The notes beneath the pieces are model-generated. The model ran no database searches and was not told where the DNA came from. It was given only the letters and a program-made list of their open reading frames with translations. The translations under genes and the position numbers were made by a program. Shown one piece after another: positions 38,500 to 47,643 of a stretch of 64,000 bases of DNA; the first letter of the stretch is position 1, and the number at the start of each line of letters is the position of its first letter. The stretch comes from Bacillales bacterium UBA3207 (GTDB taxonomy: Bacteria; Bacillota_I; Bacilli_A; RFN20; CAG-826): NCBI GenBank assembly GCA_002363735.1, contig DEWP01000018.1:362-64361 (forward strand), read 5' to 3'.

Positions 38500-41400
38500 A
38501 TGAAAAAACGTCAAATCCTAATCGCAACACTTTGCGCGAGCGCATTAGTGTTAAGCGCTTGTACCATTGGACGAAAACCAACGAAGAAGAAATCTTCCTC
38601 AGTAGTACCAACATCACAAGTTGATCCTACATCACAAGTTGGTCCTTCATCTCAAGTTCCAGGTCCAAGTAGCGGCGGAACATCGGCCTCAAGTGATCCA
38701 ACTCCTGTAAAAGTTCTTAAATCAATCGATGTAACTACTCAGCCAACAAGAACTACTTACACAGCAGGAGAAGCATTCGATCCAACTGGTATGGTCGTTA
38801 CAGCAACTTATAGTAATGGCGAAACAGCTAACGTTACTTCAAGTTGCACATATGCACCAAGTACATTGACATCTGGTACAACAAAAGTAACTATTTCCTT
38901 TGGTGGTAAAACCACTTCAGTTGATGTTACTGTTAGCGAACCAGCTCCAACAGCTTGGTCTGCAGATCAATTAGCTGTTTTAAACAAATACCTTCGTGGT
39001 GAATCTGCTAAAATTCCATACAAATATGTTCAAGGAGCAGAACTCTTCCGTGATGAAGAATATGTTGTCTTAACTTATGGTGGTGGAACAGATACTTGTA
39101 GCGAAGCATTCATTCAAGAATATGCTGCATTATTCGGTTCTGAATGGAATATTCAAAAGAATGAACTTTATTCTTATTTTGGCATGCTTATGTATGAAGG
39201 CGAATTAGTCTTCGAAGAAGGAACCGATGATGAATGGTCCATTACTGTCTCCCTTTACGGAGTAAACGATGAAGGCGACATTTCCGCAGATGGTTCTGGC
39301 CACTTCGGAATGGATTTATCCGACGGTGCTTACTATTCATGGGCTGAATTTGCTGAAGATTATCAAACTGCTTTAGATACAGTTTATGATCAAGCTGATC
39401 CAGAAACTCAACAACCAATTGAATTCCCAGACACCGTTGAATTCCCAGGTAGTGTTTCTCAAATCATTGTTGAAGATAGTCTCGATAGTAATGGTTACTA
39501 TTTCGCTCAGATGAAGGGAGTTAGTGAAGCTGACTACTATTCCTTCCTTGATGCTTTCCCAGCAGATAAATGGGGAGAATATGAAGACAAACTTAATAAT
39601 GGTTTTGCTTCATACTATCATCTTGCATCCGAAAAAGTTGCTATTGGTTACTTCTATCGTTCAAGTGATTCAACTTTATTCTTGTTAATTCACCAATACG
39701 AAAAAATCTATAATTCTTGGGATGAAGTCTCTCCAGTTGTTGATGCATTCGTTGACACAATCAATGATCAAACAACTGTTGTCATTCCAGCATTAGCAGC
39801 TGACTTCTACGTTGTAAAAGAACATGCTGATGATGGTTATGTCGGTGCATTCGCATTCGGAAGTGAGACTGAACCATTGACTCAAGAAATCGTTGATGCT
39901 TATGTTGCAGCTTTAGATCCAACTGTTTGGACTTCTGAAGTTATCGAAGAAGAAAAACAACAAGAACTTCGTGACGATGAAGGTTACTTAATTTGGTTTG
40001 AAACCGAAGCAGAAGCTCAAACCTACATCACTGAAAACGGTATTGAAAACGCTGTTGTTGAAAGCGGTGAAGACGAAGATGGTGTCTTCTACTACATCGT
40101 AGCGACTGTTACATCTTCATTCTATGCTGTTCGTTCAAGTGATTATGCTCTTGATTTACAAGTTGCATTTAATGAAGATCAAGGATACGCTGCAGTTATC
40201 GCTATTCCAAGAGCCCCACTTGCTAAAACATTCTCTAGTGATGCAGTTGTGGCAATGTATGCTGAACAAGGCATTACAATTGAATCATTCCCAGCTTATG
40301 TTGTTGCTGATTCAGTTGGTGGATTTGAACAATCCGAAGTTACTCGTGGATTATCATTTGCTATCTATGGCTCAACAGCTGCTGAACTTGAAACATTCCT
40401 TTCTGGTTTAACAGGATGGGTTTTAGATGAAGAAGCAAGCGCCAAAGAAGGCGAAGGTGTCTCTGTTTATATGTATGGAGAAACCAAAGCTCGCTTAATT
40501 GCTGCTAACATGTTAGAAGAACCTGGCGTCCACGCTATTGTTGTTCAATTTGATGTCCTTAAGACCGAATGGGAGCCAGAACAAATTGCTGATTTCCAAG
40601 AAACACTTCACGGAGCAGTCCCACCATTCTTTGATGTTGCTTTAACAAAAACAGATCACGCTGAACTTGGTACTTGCTACTACTTTGAAGTTGGTGAATC
40701 TGTTACAGACGATTTACGAGCTGCATACAACGCATTTGTTGCTGATGCAAATTGGGTCCAAAACGGCACATATGTTGACTTCGTTTATACATGCGCTGAT
40801 GGCGGTACAGCCGAAGCATTCTGGGCTCAAGATGGAAACTTCTACATTATCTATGAAGAACCAGCTCCAACTGCTTGGACAGAAGACCAAATTGCTGAAT
40901 TTGAAGCAAAATTACACTTTGTTCCAGCATTTAATGAATTAACTTCTGGCCTAAAATGGACGAGTGCCGCTGAATCTCCAGTTGGCAAAGATTGTTACTA
41001 TGAAGTGATTGAAGGTACAAAAGCCGCGATGGTCACTTACTTAACATCTGAAGGCTTTGCTGAAGATGCTTCAAGAGCTTACACTGATGAAGATAACGAT
41101 CCTCATAACGTCTACGTTAAGAGTGTTGCTGACGGAATTGTTGTCTTTGATCTTTGCGAGTTCGAATATGACTCTGCTACTTATCTTTTAGCCGCAGCTT
41201 ACTTTGAAAGTGGATCACCAGTGCCACCAACACCAGGAGAACAAGTTACTTTAACTGTTTCAATGGGTGACTATGCCACTGATCATGGTTGTACAATTTC
41301 TGAAGGATCCGCTGCTACAGTGTATACTTCATTGACACTTGATGATAACATCACAATATCAACCTCTGGTCAACCAAATAATGGTGCTTTCTATGGTACC

Positions 41401-41667
41401 GCTCCAACTCAATGGAGACTCTACCAAACCAAAGGTGGTGATGTTACATTTACTGCTGCCGCTGGTTACACAATTGTCTCTGTGACCGTTGAATTTACTG
41501 TTACTAGTAATGGTACATTACTCAATAATGGAACCGCAGTAGTTTCTGGAACAGCTGTTGATGTTAATGCTTCGAGCATTACATTCACAGTTGGTAACTC
41601 TGGAACTGCTACAAACGGTCAAGTCCGTATTACTAGTGTGACAGTTGTCTACGCTCCAGCAAATTAA
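38500..41667 (+). CDS. very large acidic surface lipoprotein with Ig-like domain and internal modules
   Basis: ATG 38500 with SD AAAGGAG. Signal peptide MKKRQILIATLCASALVLSAC (lipobox) and a Ser/Pro/Thr linker with PTSQV repeats. An Ig-like segment follows (VTTQPTRTTYTAGEAFDPTGMVVTATYSNG). Three modules open with EPAPTAW/EWEPEQIA motifs. C-terminal beta-rich domain. Confidence 0.8.
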   Translation: MKKRQILIATLCASALVLSACTIGRKPTKKKSSSVVPTSQVDPTSQVGPSSQVPGPSSGGTSASSDPTPVKVLKSIDVTTQPTRTTYTAGEAFDPTGMVVTATYSNGETANVTSSCTYAPSTLTSGTTKVTISFGGKTTSVDVTVSEPAPTAWSADQLAVLNKYLRGESAKIPYKYVQGAELFRDEEYVVLTYGGGTDTCSEAFIQEYAALFGSEWNIQKNELYSYFGMLMYEGELVFEEGTDDEWSITVSLYGVNDEGDISADGSGHFGMDLSDGAYYSWAEFAEDYQTALDTVYDQADPETQQPIEFPDTVEFPGSVSQIIVEDSLDSNGYYFAQMKGVSEADYYSFLDAFPADKWGEYEDKLNNGFASYYHLASEKVAIGYFYRSSDSTLFLLIHQYEKIYNSWDEVSPVVDAFVDTINDQTTVVIPALAADFYVVKEHADDGYVGAFAFGSETEPLTQEIVDAYVAALDPTVWTSEVIEEEKQQELRDDEGYLIWFETEAEAQTYITENGIENAVVESGEDEDGVFYYIVATVTSSFYAVRSSDYALDLQVAFNEDQGYAAVIAIPRAPLAKTFSSDAVVAMYAEQGITIESFPAYVVADSVGGFEQSEVTRGLSFAIYGSTAAELETFLSGLTGWVLDEEASAKEGEGVSVYMYGETKARLIAANMLEEPGVHAIVVQFDVLKTEWEPEQIADFQETLHGAVPPFFDVALTKTDHAELGTCYYFEVGESVTDDLRAAYNAFVADANWVQNGTYVDFVYTCADGGTAEAFWAQDGNFYIIYEEPAPTAWTEDQIAEFEAKLHFVPAFNELTSGLKWTSAAESPVGKDCYYEVIEGTKAAMVTYLTSEGFAEDASRAYTDEDNDPHNVYVKSVADGIVVFDLCEFEYDSATYLLAAAYFESGSPVPPTPGEQVTLTVSMGDYATDHGCTISEGSAATVYTSLTLDDNITISTSGQPNNGAFYGTAPTQWRLYQTKGGDVTFTAAAGYTIVSVTVEFTVTSNGTLLNNGTAVVSGTAVDVNASSITFTVGNSGTATNGQVRITSVTVVYAPAN

Positions 41668-41693
41668 TCTTCTCTAACATAGTTAGAGTTAAC

Positions 41694-41727
41694 AAGACCC
41701 ACACGCGTTATGGCGATGGGTCTTTTA
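41694..41727 (+). terminator. intrinsic terminator
   Basis: AAGACCCA-(15 nt)-TGGGTCTTTTATT. Confidence 0.6.
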
Positions 41728-41753
41728 TTGTGGCTATTTAGTCACAATAAATC

Positions 41754-41783
41754 TTGTTATTTTGTGTCTATGCGCGTTATAAT
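41754..41783 (+). promoter_or_regulatory. pheST promoter
   Basis: TTGTTA, 18 nt, TATAAT. Confidence 0.5.
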
Positions 41784-41789
41784 TAATAC

Positions 41790-42003
41790 GCGTAGAAAAG
41801 AAGTAGTACCTGGTCTAACTAATTAAAATAGGGAATGTGGAATAGTGGAACCCACAAGTTTAATTGGTCAGGGAATTCACCTTGGAGCACCTTATTGTAA
41901 TGATAAGCGCTAGTCACGTTACGACATTAGAGCAATACAAAGTATTGAAGAAGGATGGCACCACGGGGAAACTCGTTCCTAGTGGACCATTTTATTTTTA
42001 TTT
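41790..42003 (+). ncRNA. T-box leader, Phe (UUC) specifier
   Basis: Specifier GGGAATTCACC (GAA-TTC-A), T-box sequence AAGGATGGCACCACGG, then a terminator-like helix plus ATTTTATTTTTATTT before the pheS SD AAAGGAGG. Confidence 0.8.
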
Positions 42004-42020
42004 AAAGGAGGTCAAGTGTG

Positions 42021-43058
42021 ATGAACTTATTTGATCAAGTGGAAGAATTAAAACAAAAGATTTTATCAGAATCAGAAAAGATCTCTGATGAGACTTCTTT
42101 AAAGTCCTTCCAAGAAAAGTTTCTTTCAAAGAAAAGCGAATTAAATGGCTTAATGAGCCATATTAAAGAGCTTGCTGGAGAAGAAAAAGCGAAATTCGGT
42201 CAAAGCGTCAATAATGCTCGTAATTCGATTCAAGAAGCATTCCAAAAGAAAGCTGATGAAATTAACCAAAAAATCTTAGCGAAGAAACTCGAAAAAGAAA
42301 AAATCGATATTTCTCTTCCAAGTGTGAATTATGAACTTGGTGGAATTAACCCATTTTATCTCGTCCAAGATGAAATCATGGATATCTTTGTTTCAATGGG
42401 TTATGAAGTTAAAGAAGGACCAGATGTTGAAAGTGATGAATATAATTTCCAACGCATGAATATTCCTGAATCTCATCCTGCTAGAGAAATGCAAGATAGT
42501 TTCTATATTGATCCAAGAACATTATTAAGAACGCATACATCTCCTGAACAAGCTCACGCGATGGATGAAAAGAATGGCAAACCATTAATGATGATTTGCC
42601 CAGGAAAATGCTTCCGTCGTGATGATGATGATGTGACACATTCTCACCAATTTGGACAAGTCGAAGGACTTGTTGTTGGTCCAGGAATTAGCTTAGCCAA
42701 TTTAAAGGCTACATTAGAACTCTTTGTAAAGAAAATGTTTGGTGAAAAGCGTGAAGTTCGTTTCCGTGGATCATATTTCCCATTTACTGAACCAAGTGTG
42801 GAAGTTGATATTTCATGTATGAACTGTGGTGGTAAAGGTTGTTCCACATGTAAAGGCACAGGATTTATTGAAATTTTAGGTGCTGGAATGGTTCATCCAA
42901 ATGTTTTAAGAATGAGTGGTTATGACCCAGAAAAAGTTTCCGGTTTTGCCTTTGGTATTGGTATTGAACGTGTCGCGATGCTTCGATACAAAATTGATGA
43001 TATTCGTAAGATCTATCAAAGTGATGTTCGATTTATCGAACAATTCAAACGTCGTTAA
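42021..43058 (+). CDS. pheS: phenylalanine--tRNA ligase alpha subunit
   Basis: Class II motifs FRGSYFPFTEPS and GFAFGIGIERVAML. ATG 42021 is 9 nt after GGAGG. GTG 42018 is the alternative start. Confidence 0.96.
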   Translation: MNLFDQVEELKQKILSESEKISDETSLKSFQEKFLSKKSELNGLMSHIKELAGEEKAKFGQSVNNARNSIQEAFQKKADEINQKILAKKLEKEKIDISLPSVNYELGGINPFYLVQDEIMDIFVSMGYEVKEGPDVESDEYNFQRMNIPESHPAREMQDSFYIDPRTLLRTHTSPEQAHAMDEKNGKPLMMICPGKCFRRDDDDVTHSHQFGQVEGLVVGPGISLANLKATLELFVKKMFGEKREVRFRGSYFPFTEPSVEVDISCMNCGGKGCSTCKGTGFIEILGAGMVHPNVLRMSGYDPEKVSGFAFGIGIERVAMLRYKIDDIRKIYQSDVRFIEQFKRR

Positions 43059-43072
43059 GGAGGTTAAAGAAA

Positions 43073-45466
43073 ATGAAAGTCTCATTAAATTTTCTCTCTA
43101 AATTCGTTGATTTAAATGGTTTAACTCCAGAAGAAATCGCCCATCGATTAACTTTTGCTGGTGTGGAAGTTGAATCAATTGAAAAACTCGCTAGCGGAAC
43201 AAATTTAGTTGTTGGTGAAGTTTTAACATGTGAAAACATGCCAGATAGTGATCACCTCCATTTAACTACAGTTAATTGTGGCCCAAAACATGGTATTTTA
43301 CATATTGTTTGTGGTGCACCAAATGTCCGTAAAGGATTAAAAGTAATTGTCGCTACTGATGGTGCAGTTCTTCCGGGTGGCATAATTCATAAAGGAAAAG
43401 TACGCGGACACGATTCAGAAGGAATGTGTTGTTCGCTTCTTGAACTTGGTGTTGATGCAAAATATTTAAAAGAAGAACAAACAAAAGGTATTGAAGAACT
43501 TCCAAATGACGCTACAGTTGGACGAGAAGATGTCTTACATCTTTTAGGTCTAGATGATGTTGTTTTAGATTTAAAACTGCTCGCCAATCGTAGCGATATG
43601 TATTCTGTCCTTAATGTCGCCAAAGAAATCGAAACATTATTTGGTAGAAAAGCTAATCTTCCTTCCGTTTCCGTTAAAGAAACAACAAAAGAAGTTTGTC
43701 CTGTTTCATCAGAAACAGAAAGATGCTCTCAATTCTCTTCTCGTATTGTGAAAGGAATTGAAACAAAAGAATCGCCAAAATGGATGAAAGACACCTTAAT
43801 GGCATCAGGAATTCGTAGCATTAACAACATTGTTGATATCGGCAACTACATCATGCTTTTAACAGGTCAACCTCTACACATGTATGACCTTGATAAGCTT
43901 GAAAAGAAAGAATTAATTGTCAAAGACAATTGTCCTGGTGAATTTGTTGCTCTTGACGAAAAATCCTACACCTTACAAAACGGAGATGTTTGTATTACAT
44001 CAAATAACAAAGTTATGTGTTTAGGTGGTGTGATGGGTTCCCTTGCTTGCGCTGTTGATGAAAAGACTAAAAACATTGTCATTGAAGCAGCAAACTTTGA
44101 TTATGCTTCAATTAGAAGAACTTCAATCCGCTTAAATCTAAGTAGTGATTCTTCACAAAGATTTATTAAAGGTATTAATCCAAATCAATATGATTATGTG
44201 ATGGATTTAACAGCGGATTTATTACTCTCCTTAGCTAATGCTAAAGAGATTGGCCCAGTATCAACTTATTTAGCAAAACCATATGAAGAAAAAGTCATTA
44301 CTTCCTCATATGAATTCATCAATAATCGCTTAGGCACTTCATTTAATAATGAAGAAATTAAAAAAGCTCTTGAATCAGCATTCATTAAAGTTGATGAAAA
44401 AGATGGCAAAATTATTTGTCATATTCCTGCTTCAAGAATTGATATTGGCGAAGCCGCTGACTTATCAGAAGAAGTTATTCGTATCCTTGGATTTGAACAT
44501 ATTGAAAGTAAATTACCATTTGTTCAAGTTTCATTAGGTGGACTTGAACCAGATTTACAAAATAAAAGATCTGTTCGTTCCTATCTTAGAGGTGTTGGAT
44601 TAGATGAAATCATCTCTTATTCTCTTGTTAGAGAAAAAGAAGTGAAATCATTTGCTATTTTAAATAAGGCTGAACCTTATAAGGTGATGAATCCATTAAC
44701 AGATGAACATGAATATGTTCGCACAAATTTACTTCCAAGTGTTTTAAATACACTTTTATATAACAAGAACCATGGTAATGAAGATGTCGCAATCTTTGAA
44801 GTAAGTGACCTTTATGGTCAAAACCAAAAGAAACAAATTCATTTAGCCATCGCACTAACTGGAAACGATTTACGTCATCATTATCTAAGTGGACAAGAAT
44901 ATTCTTTCTATCATATGAAAGGTCTTGTGGAACAAGTTCTTGGCTTATATCGTATTGACGGAAAACGTGCTCAATTTGAAAGAGCAAACGAAAAAGAATT
45001 CCACCCAGGAAAATCTGCTCTTGTTAAAGTTGATGGAAAAGTAGTTGCTGTTTTTGGCGAACTTCATCCATCCTTAGCTAAAGAATATGGATTTGGAAAA
45101 GATAAAGTCATCGCTTTAGAGATGGATTTAGCAGCGATTTTCGCAACTAAAACATCTCCTGTGGTGATGGAACAAATCTCTCGATATCCAAGTGTTTCCC
45201 GAGACTTTGCCTTCGTTTTAAGCAACGATGTTACTTCTAGAGAAGTAATTGCAGAAATTCGCAAAGTTGATAAAACTTTAATCCATGATGTCAATGTCTT
45301 TGATGTTTATCATGGCGAACATATTGAAGAAGGCTTCTATTCTCTGGCTTTATCAGTTTCAATTGGTTCGTTTGAAAAAACACTTAACGAACAAGAATTA
45401 ACACAAGTTGAAGAGAAGATTAAACAAGCTGTTATTGTGAAATTTGGAGCCAAATTACGTCAATGA
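43073..45466 (+). CDS. pheT: phenylalanine--tRNA ligase beta subunit
   Basis: 797 aa with tRNA-binding N-domain, B3/4, B5 and C-terminal FDX-ACB-like region. SD AAGGAGG. Confidence 0.96.
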   Translation: MKVSLNFLSKFVDLNGLTPEEIAHRLTFAGVEVESIEKLASGTNLVVGEVLTCENMPDSDHLHLTTVNCGPKHGILHIVCGAPNVRKGLKVIVATDGAVLPGGIIHKGKVRGHDSEGMCCSLLELGVDAKYLKEEQTKGIEELPNDATVGREDVLHLLGLDDVVLDLKLLANRSDMYSVLNVAKEIETLFGRKANLPSVSVKETTKEVCPVSSETERCSQFSSRIVKGIETKESPKWMKDTLMASGIRSINNIVDIGNYIMLLTGQPLHMYDLDKLEKKELIVKDNCPGEFVALDEKSYTLQNGDVCITSNNKVMCLGGVMGSLACAVDEKTKNIVIEAANFDYASIRRTSIRLNLSSDSSQRFIKGINPNQYDYVMDLTADLLLSLANAKEIGPVSTYLAKPYEEKVITSSYEFINNRLGTSFNNEEIKKALESAFIKVDEKDGKIICHIPASRIDIGEAADLSEEVIRILGFEHIESKLPFVQVSLGGLEPDLQNKRSVRSYLRGVGLDEIISYSLVREKEVKSFAILNKAEPYKVMNPLTDEHEYVRTNLLPSVLNTLLYNKNHGNEDVAIFEVSDLYGQNQKKQIHLAIALTGNDLRHHYLSGQEYSFYHMKGLVEQVLGLYRIDGKRAQFERANEKEFHPGKSALVKVDGKVVAVFGELHPSLAKEYGFGKDKVIALEMDLAAIFATKTSPVVMEQISRYPSVSRDFAFVLSNDVTSREVIAEIRKVDKTLIHDVNVFDVYHGEHIEEGFYSLALSVSIGSFEKTLNEQELTQVEEKIKQAVIVKFGAKLRQ

Positions 45467-45957
45467 AAATCGATGTTTCAAAATTAGTTACTACAAAAGA
45501 AAACATCTTTGAAGAAGAAGTTCGTTTTGATGATGAAAAGTTTCATCTTCTTCCACCTCTTTTAGAAGTTAAAAAACTCGTTGCTAAGGCAAAAGTTCAT
45601 CGTTATCAAGATTTCATCGATGTAAATTTAAGTATTAATGCTGATGTGATCTTACAATGTTCATACACATTAAAACCATTCGATAGCAAACTTCGTGATG
45701 AAGATGAAATTCATTTTTCTAGTTACGATGATGGTGGAGATGATATTCAAATTTATCGTGGTAATCTAATTGATTTAGATCCTTATATCTTTAATCTACT
45801 TAGCGCCTCAGTACCAACTTCACCAAAAGCTCCTGGTGCAACTCTTCCAGAAGGCGGTAAAAACTTTCGAGTGCTATCGGAAGACGAATATAACGAAGAA
45901 AAAGAAGAGGGAAATGATCCAAGATTTGATGCATTAAAAAATCTTGATTTAGATTAA
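45463..45957 (+). CDS. YceD/DUF177 family protein
   Basis: 164 aa, acidic, DUF177-like (DPYIFNLLSASVP). ATGA overlap with pheT. Confidence 0.75.
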   Translation: MKIDVSKLVTTKENIFEEEVRFDDEKFHLLPPLLEVKKLVAKAKVHRYQDFIDVNLSINADVILQCSYTLKPFDSKLRDEDEIHFSSYDDGGDDIQIYRGNLIDLDPYIFNLLSASVPTSPKAPGATLPEGGKNFRVLSEDEYNEEKEEGNDPRFDALKNLDLD

Positions 45958-45968
45958 AAATAACCAGC

Positions 45969-46008
45969 AAAAACCCAACAAATCCGAAAATTGTTGGGTT
46001 TTTCTTTT
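45969..46008 (+). terminator. intrinsic terminator
   Basis: AAAAACCCAACAA-(loop)-TTGTTGGGTTTTTCTTTT. Confidence 0.85.
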
Positions 46009-46043
46009 GTTTCGTTAGATATGGTTAACTCTCTTAAAAAGAG

Positions 46044-46052
46044 TGCTATAAT
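46044..46052 (+). promoter_or_regulatory. consensus extended -10 (TGCTATAAT) 7 nt upstream of ATG 46060; leaderless-type layout
   Basis: TGCTATAAT-ATTTTGT-ATG. No SD. The track ORF start 45991 lies inside the preceding terminator. Confidence 0.5.
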
Positions 46053-46059
46053 ATTTTGT

Positions 46060-47124
46060 ATGAAAAAGAATACTGCATTTGTTTTTATTCCTTTATTCGC
46101 TCTCTTATTTACTTCTTGTAATAAGACCTCATCAAAGAAAAGAAAATCATCTAGTCTTAATCCGACTAGTCAAACTTCATCTCCAACTAGCGGAATTTCC
46201 CCAACTAGTGAAGGTGGAATAACTTCGAAAGAAAATCCTTCATCAGGACAAACTCCATCAGGAACTTCTAGTGTTGAACCTGATCCAGAGTTGCCTGATC
46301 CAACTTATACAAAACCTGATCCATCAACATTTCTTTTTCCTGACCCAGAAATGCCTGAACCTGATCCAGTTTTAGATACTTATTATCAAAGTATTACGAC
46401 TCAAAAAGGTGAAGAACTAAAGACAGCTTTATACAAAGTTATTGGTTATACGGATGAAATTGGTTCATATGATGATTTATATGATACATATAGAAAAGTA
46501 GATGTTCGTCCAGATGGTAACCACCTTTGGGACATTTATTCTGATACAAACGATTTTACATTAAACGATTCCAGAATTAATAATTCTTACAAAAAAGAAG
46601 GCGATTCTTTAAATAGAGAACACATGATTCCTCAATCTGTATTTAATGAAGCTTCTCCAATGAAAAATGATCCTCATCATGTTCTTCCATCCGATGGATA
46701 TGTGAATAATCGAAGATCAAATTTTCCACACGGAGTTGTCACTGGCAAAGTTGAATATGCATCAAGTTGTGGTGGAAAGCTAGGAACCGATAAAGACGGA
46801 ACACGTGTCTTTGAACCACTTGCTCGATATAAAGGTGATACCGCTCGTATTTATTTCTATTTTGTCACCTGCTATCAAAATAGAATTCCAAACTATAATT
46901 ACGATGTTTTTGCTAAAAATACTTACCCATCATTAAATACAAAGTATTTAGAACTTTATTTGCGTTGGCATTTAACCGATACAGTTTCAGCTAAAGAAGT
47001 TGTTCGCAATAATGCAATTTACCAAATCCAACACAACAGAAATCCATACATTGATCACCCAGAATATGCTTGTAATATTTGGGGAAGTTTAACTGCAACA
47101 ACACGCAAACTTTGCGGTATGTAA
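46060..47124 (+). CDS. secreted/lipoprotein endonuclease I family nuclease
   Basis: Signal peptide MKKNTAFVFIPLFALLFTSC (lipobox), a Ser/Pro/Thr and PDP-rich linker, and Endonuclease_1 motifs REHMIPQS and DPHHVLPSDGYVNNRRSNFP. Confidence 0.82.
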   Translation: MKKNTAFVFIPLFALLFTSCNKTSSKKRKSSSLNPTSQTSSPTSGISPTSEGGITSKENPSSGQTPSGTSSVEPDPELPDPTYTKPDPSTFLFPDPEMPEPDPVLDTYYQSITTQKGEELKTALYKVIGYTDEIGSYDDLYDTYRKVDVRPDGNHLWDIYSDTNDFTLNDSRINNSYKKEGDSLNREHMIPQSVFNEASPMKNDPHHVLPSDGYVNNRRSNFPHGVVTGKVEYASSCGGKLGTDKDGTRVFEPLARYKGDTARIYFYFVTCYQNRIPNYNYDVFAKNTYPSLNTKYLELYLRWHLTDTVSAKEVVRNNAIYQIQHNRNPYIDHPEYACNIWGSLTATTRKLCGM

Positions 47125-47155
47125 TCAACAAATAAATATTTTTTCTTGTTCTCTG

Positions 47156-47184
47156 TTTACAGAGTATTTTTGTTTTTGTATAAT
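47156..47184 (+). promoter_or_regulatory. mraZ (dcw) promoter
   Basis: TTTACA, 17 nt, TATAAT. Confidence 0.55.
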
Positions 47185-47193
47185 GGAAATATA

Positions 47194-47213
47194 AAAGTGG
47201 GAGAAAGTGGGAG
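47194..47213 (+). promoter_or_regulatory. two perfect 10-bp direct repeats AAAGTGGGAG (MraZ-box-like operator)
   Basis: 47194-47203 and 47204-47213, between the -10 and the mraZ ATG. The second copy also provides the SD. Confidence 0.55.
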
Positions 47214-47217
47214 TTTT

Positions 47218-47643
47218 ATGTTTTTTGGTAGTTATGATCACCAACTAGACAATAAAAATCGTTTGGTTATTCCAAGCAAATTTTTAAGTGGTCTATCAGA
47301 AAAACTCTATATTTTAAAAGGATTTGACGGATGTTTATCAATTTATCCGGAAGATGCTTTTAAAGCACTAATCTCCAAATTAGAGGCAAAAGATTTCAAT
47401 CTTTCTTATGAAAGAGAAAACATTCGCCTCGCCCTTTCATCAGTTTTTTGTCTAGAAATTGATAAGGTTAAACGTATCGTAATTCCGACTACTTTGGCCA
47501 AAAAATATCATATCTCCCAAAGTGTTAAAGTAGTCGGAGTTATCGACCATTTCGAAGTTTGGTCGATGGATAAATGGGAAGAATATTCTTCCAAAGCTGA
47601 GGAGCATTACGAAGATAATGCCGAAAAAGGTCATCATGAGTGA
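47218..47643 (+). CDS. mraZ: transcriptional regulator MraZ
   Basis: MFFGSYDHQLDNKNRLVIPSKF plus a second SpoVT/AbrB-like repeat (VKRIVIPTTL). The track start 47146 lies upstream of the promoter and is rejected. Confidence 0.93.
   Translation: MFFGSYDHQLDNKNRLVIPSKFLSGLSEKLYILKGFDGCLSIYPEDAFKALISKLEAKDFNLSYERENIRLALSSVFCLEIDKVKRIVIPTTLAKKYHISQSVKVVGVIDHFEVWSMDKWEEYSSKAEEHYEDNAEKGHHE

Noticed and set aside
41723-41748. 8-bp inverted repeat TTATTGTG-N10-CACAATAA just upstream of the pheS promoter, considered as an operator or second terminator.
   Set aside because: It is AT-rich with no T-run, and it abuts the real terminator of the lipoprotein gene. No recurrence is seen elsewhere in the window, so it cannot be distinguished from chance.
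45991-46059. N-terminal extension of the endonuclease I ORF (track start 45991).
   Set aside because: The proposed start lies inside the strong terminator hairpin of the preceding operon. The lipoprotein signal peptide begins at ATG 46060, just after a consensus extended -10.
47146-47217. N-terminal extension of mraZ (track start 47146).
   Set aside because: The extension would be translated from the promoter and operator DNA. The canonical MraZ N-terminus MFFGSY... starts at ATG 47218, preceded by GGGAG.
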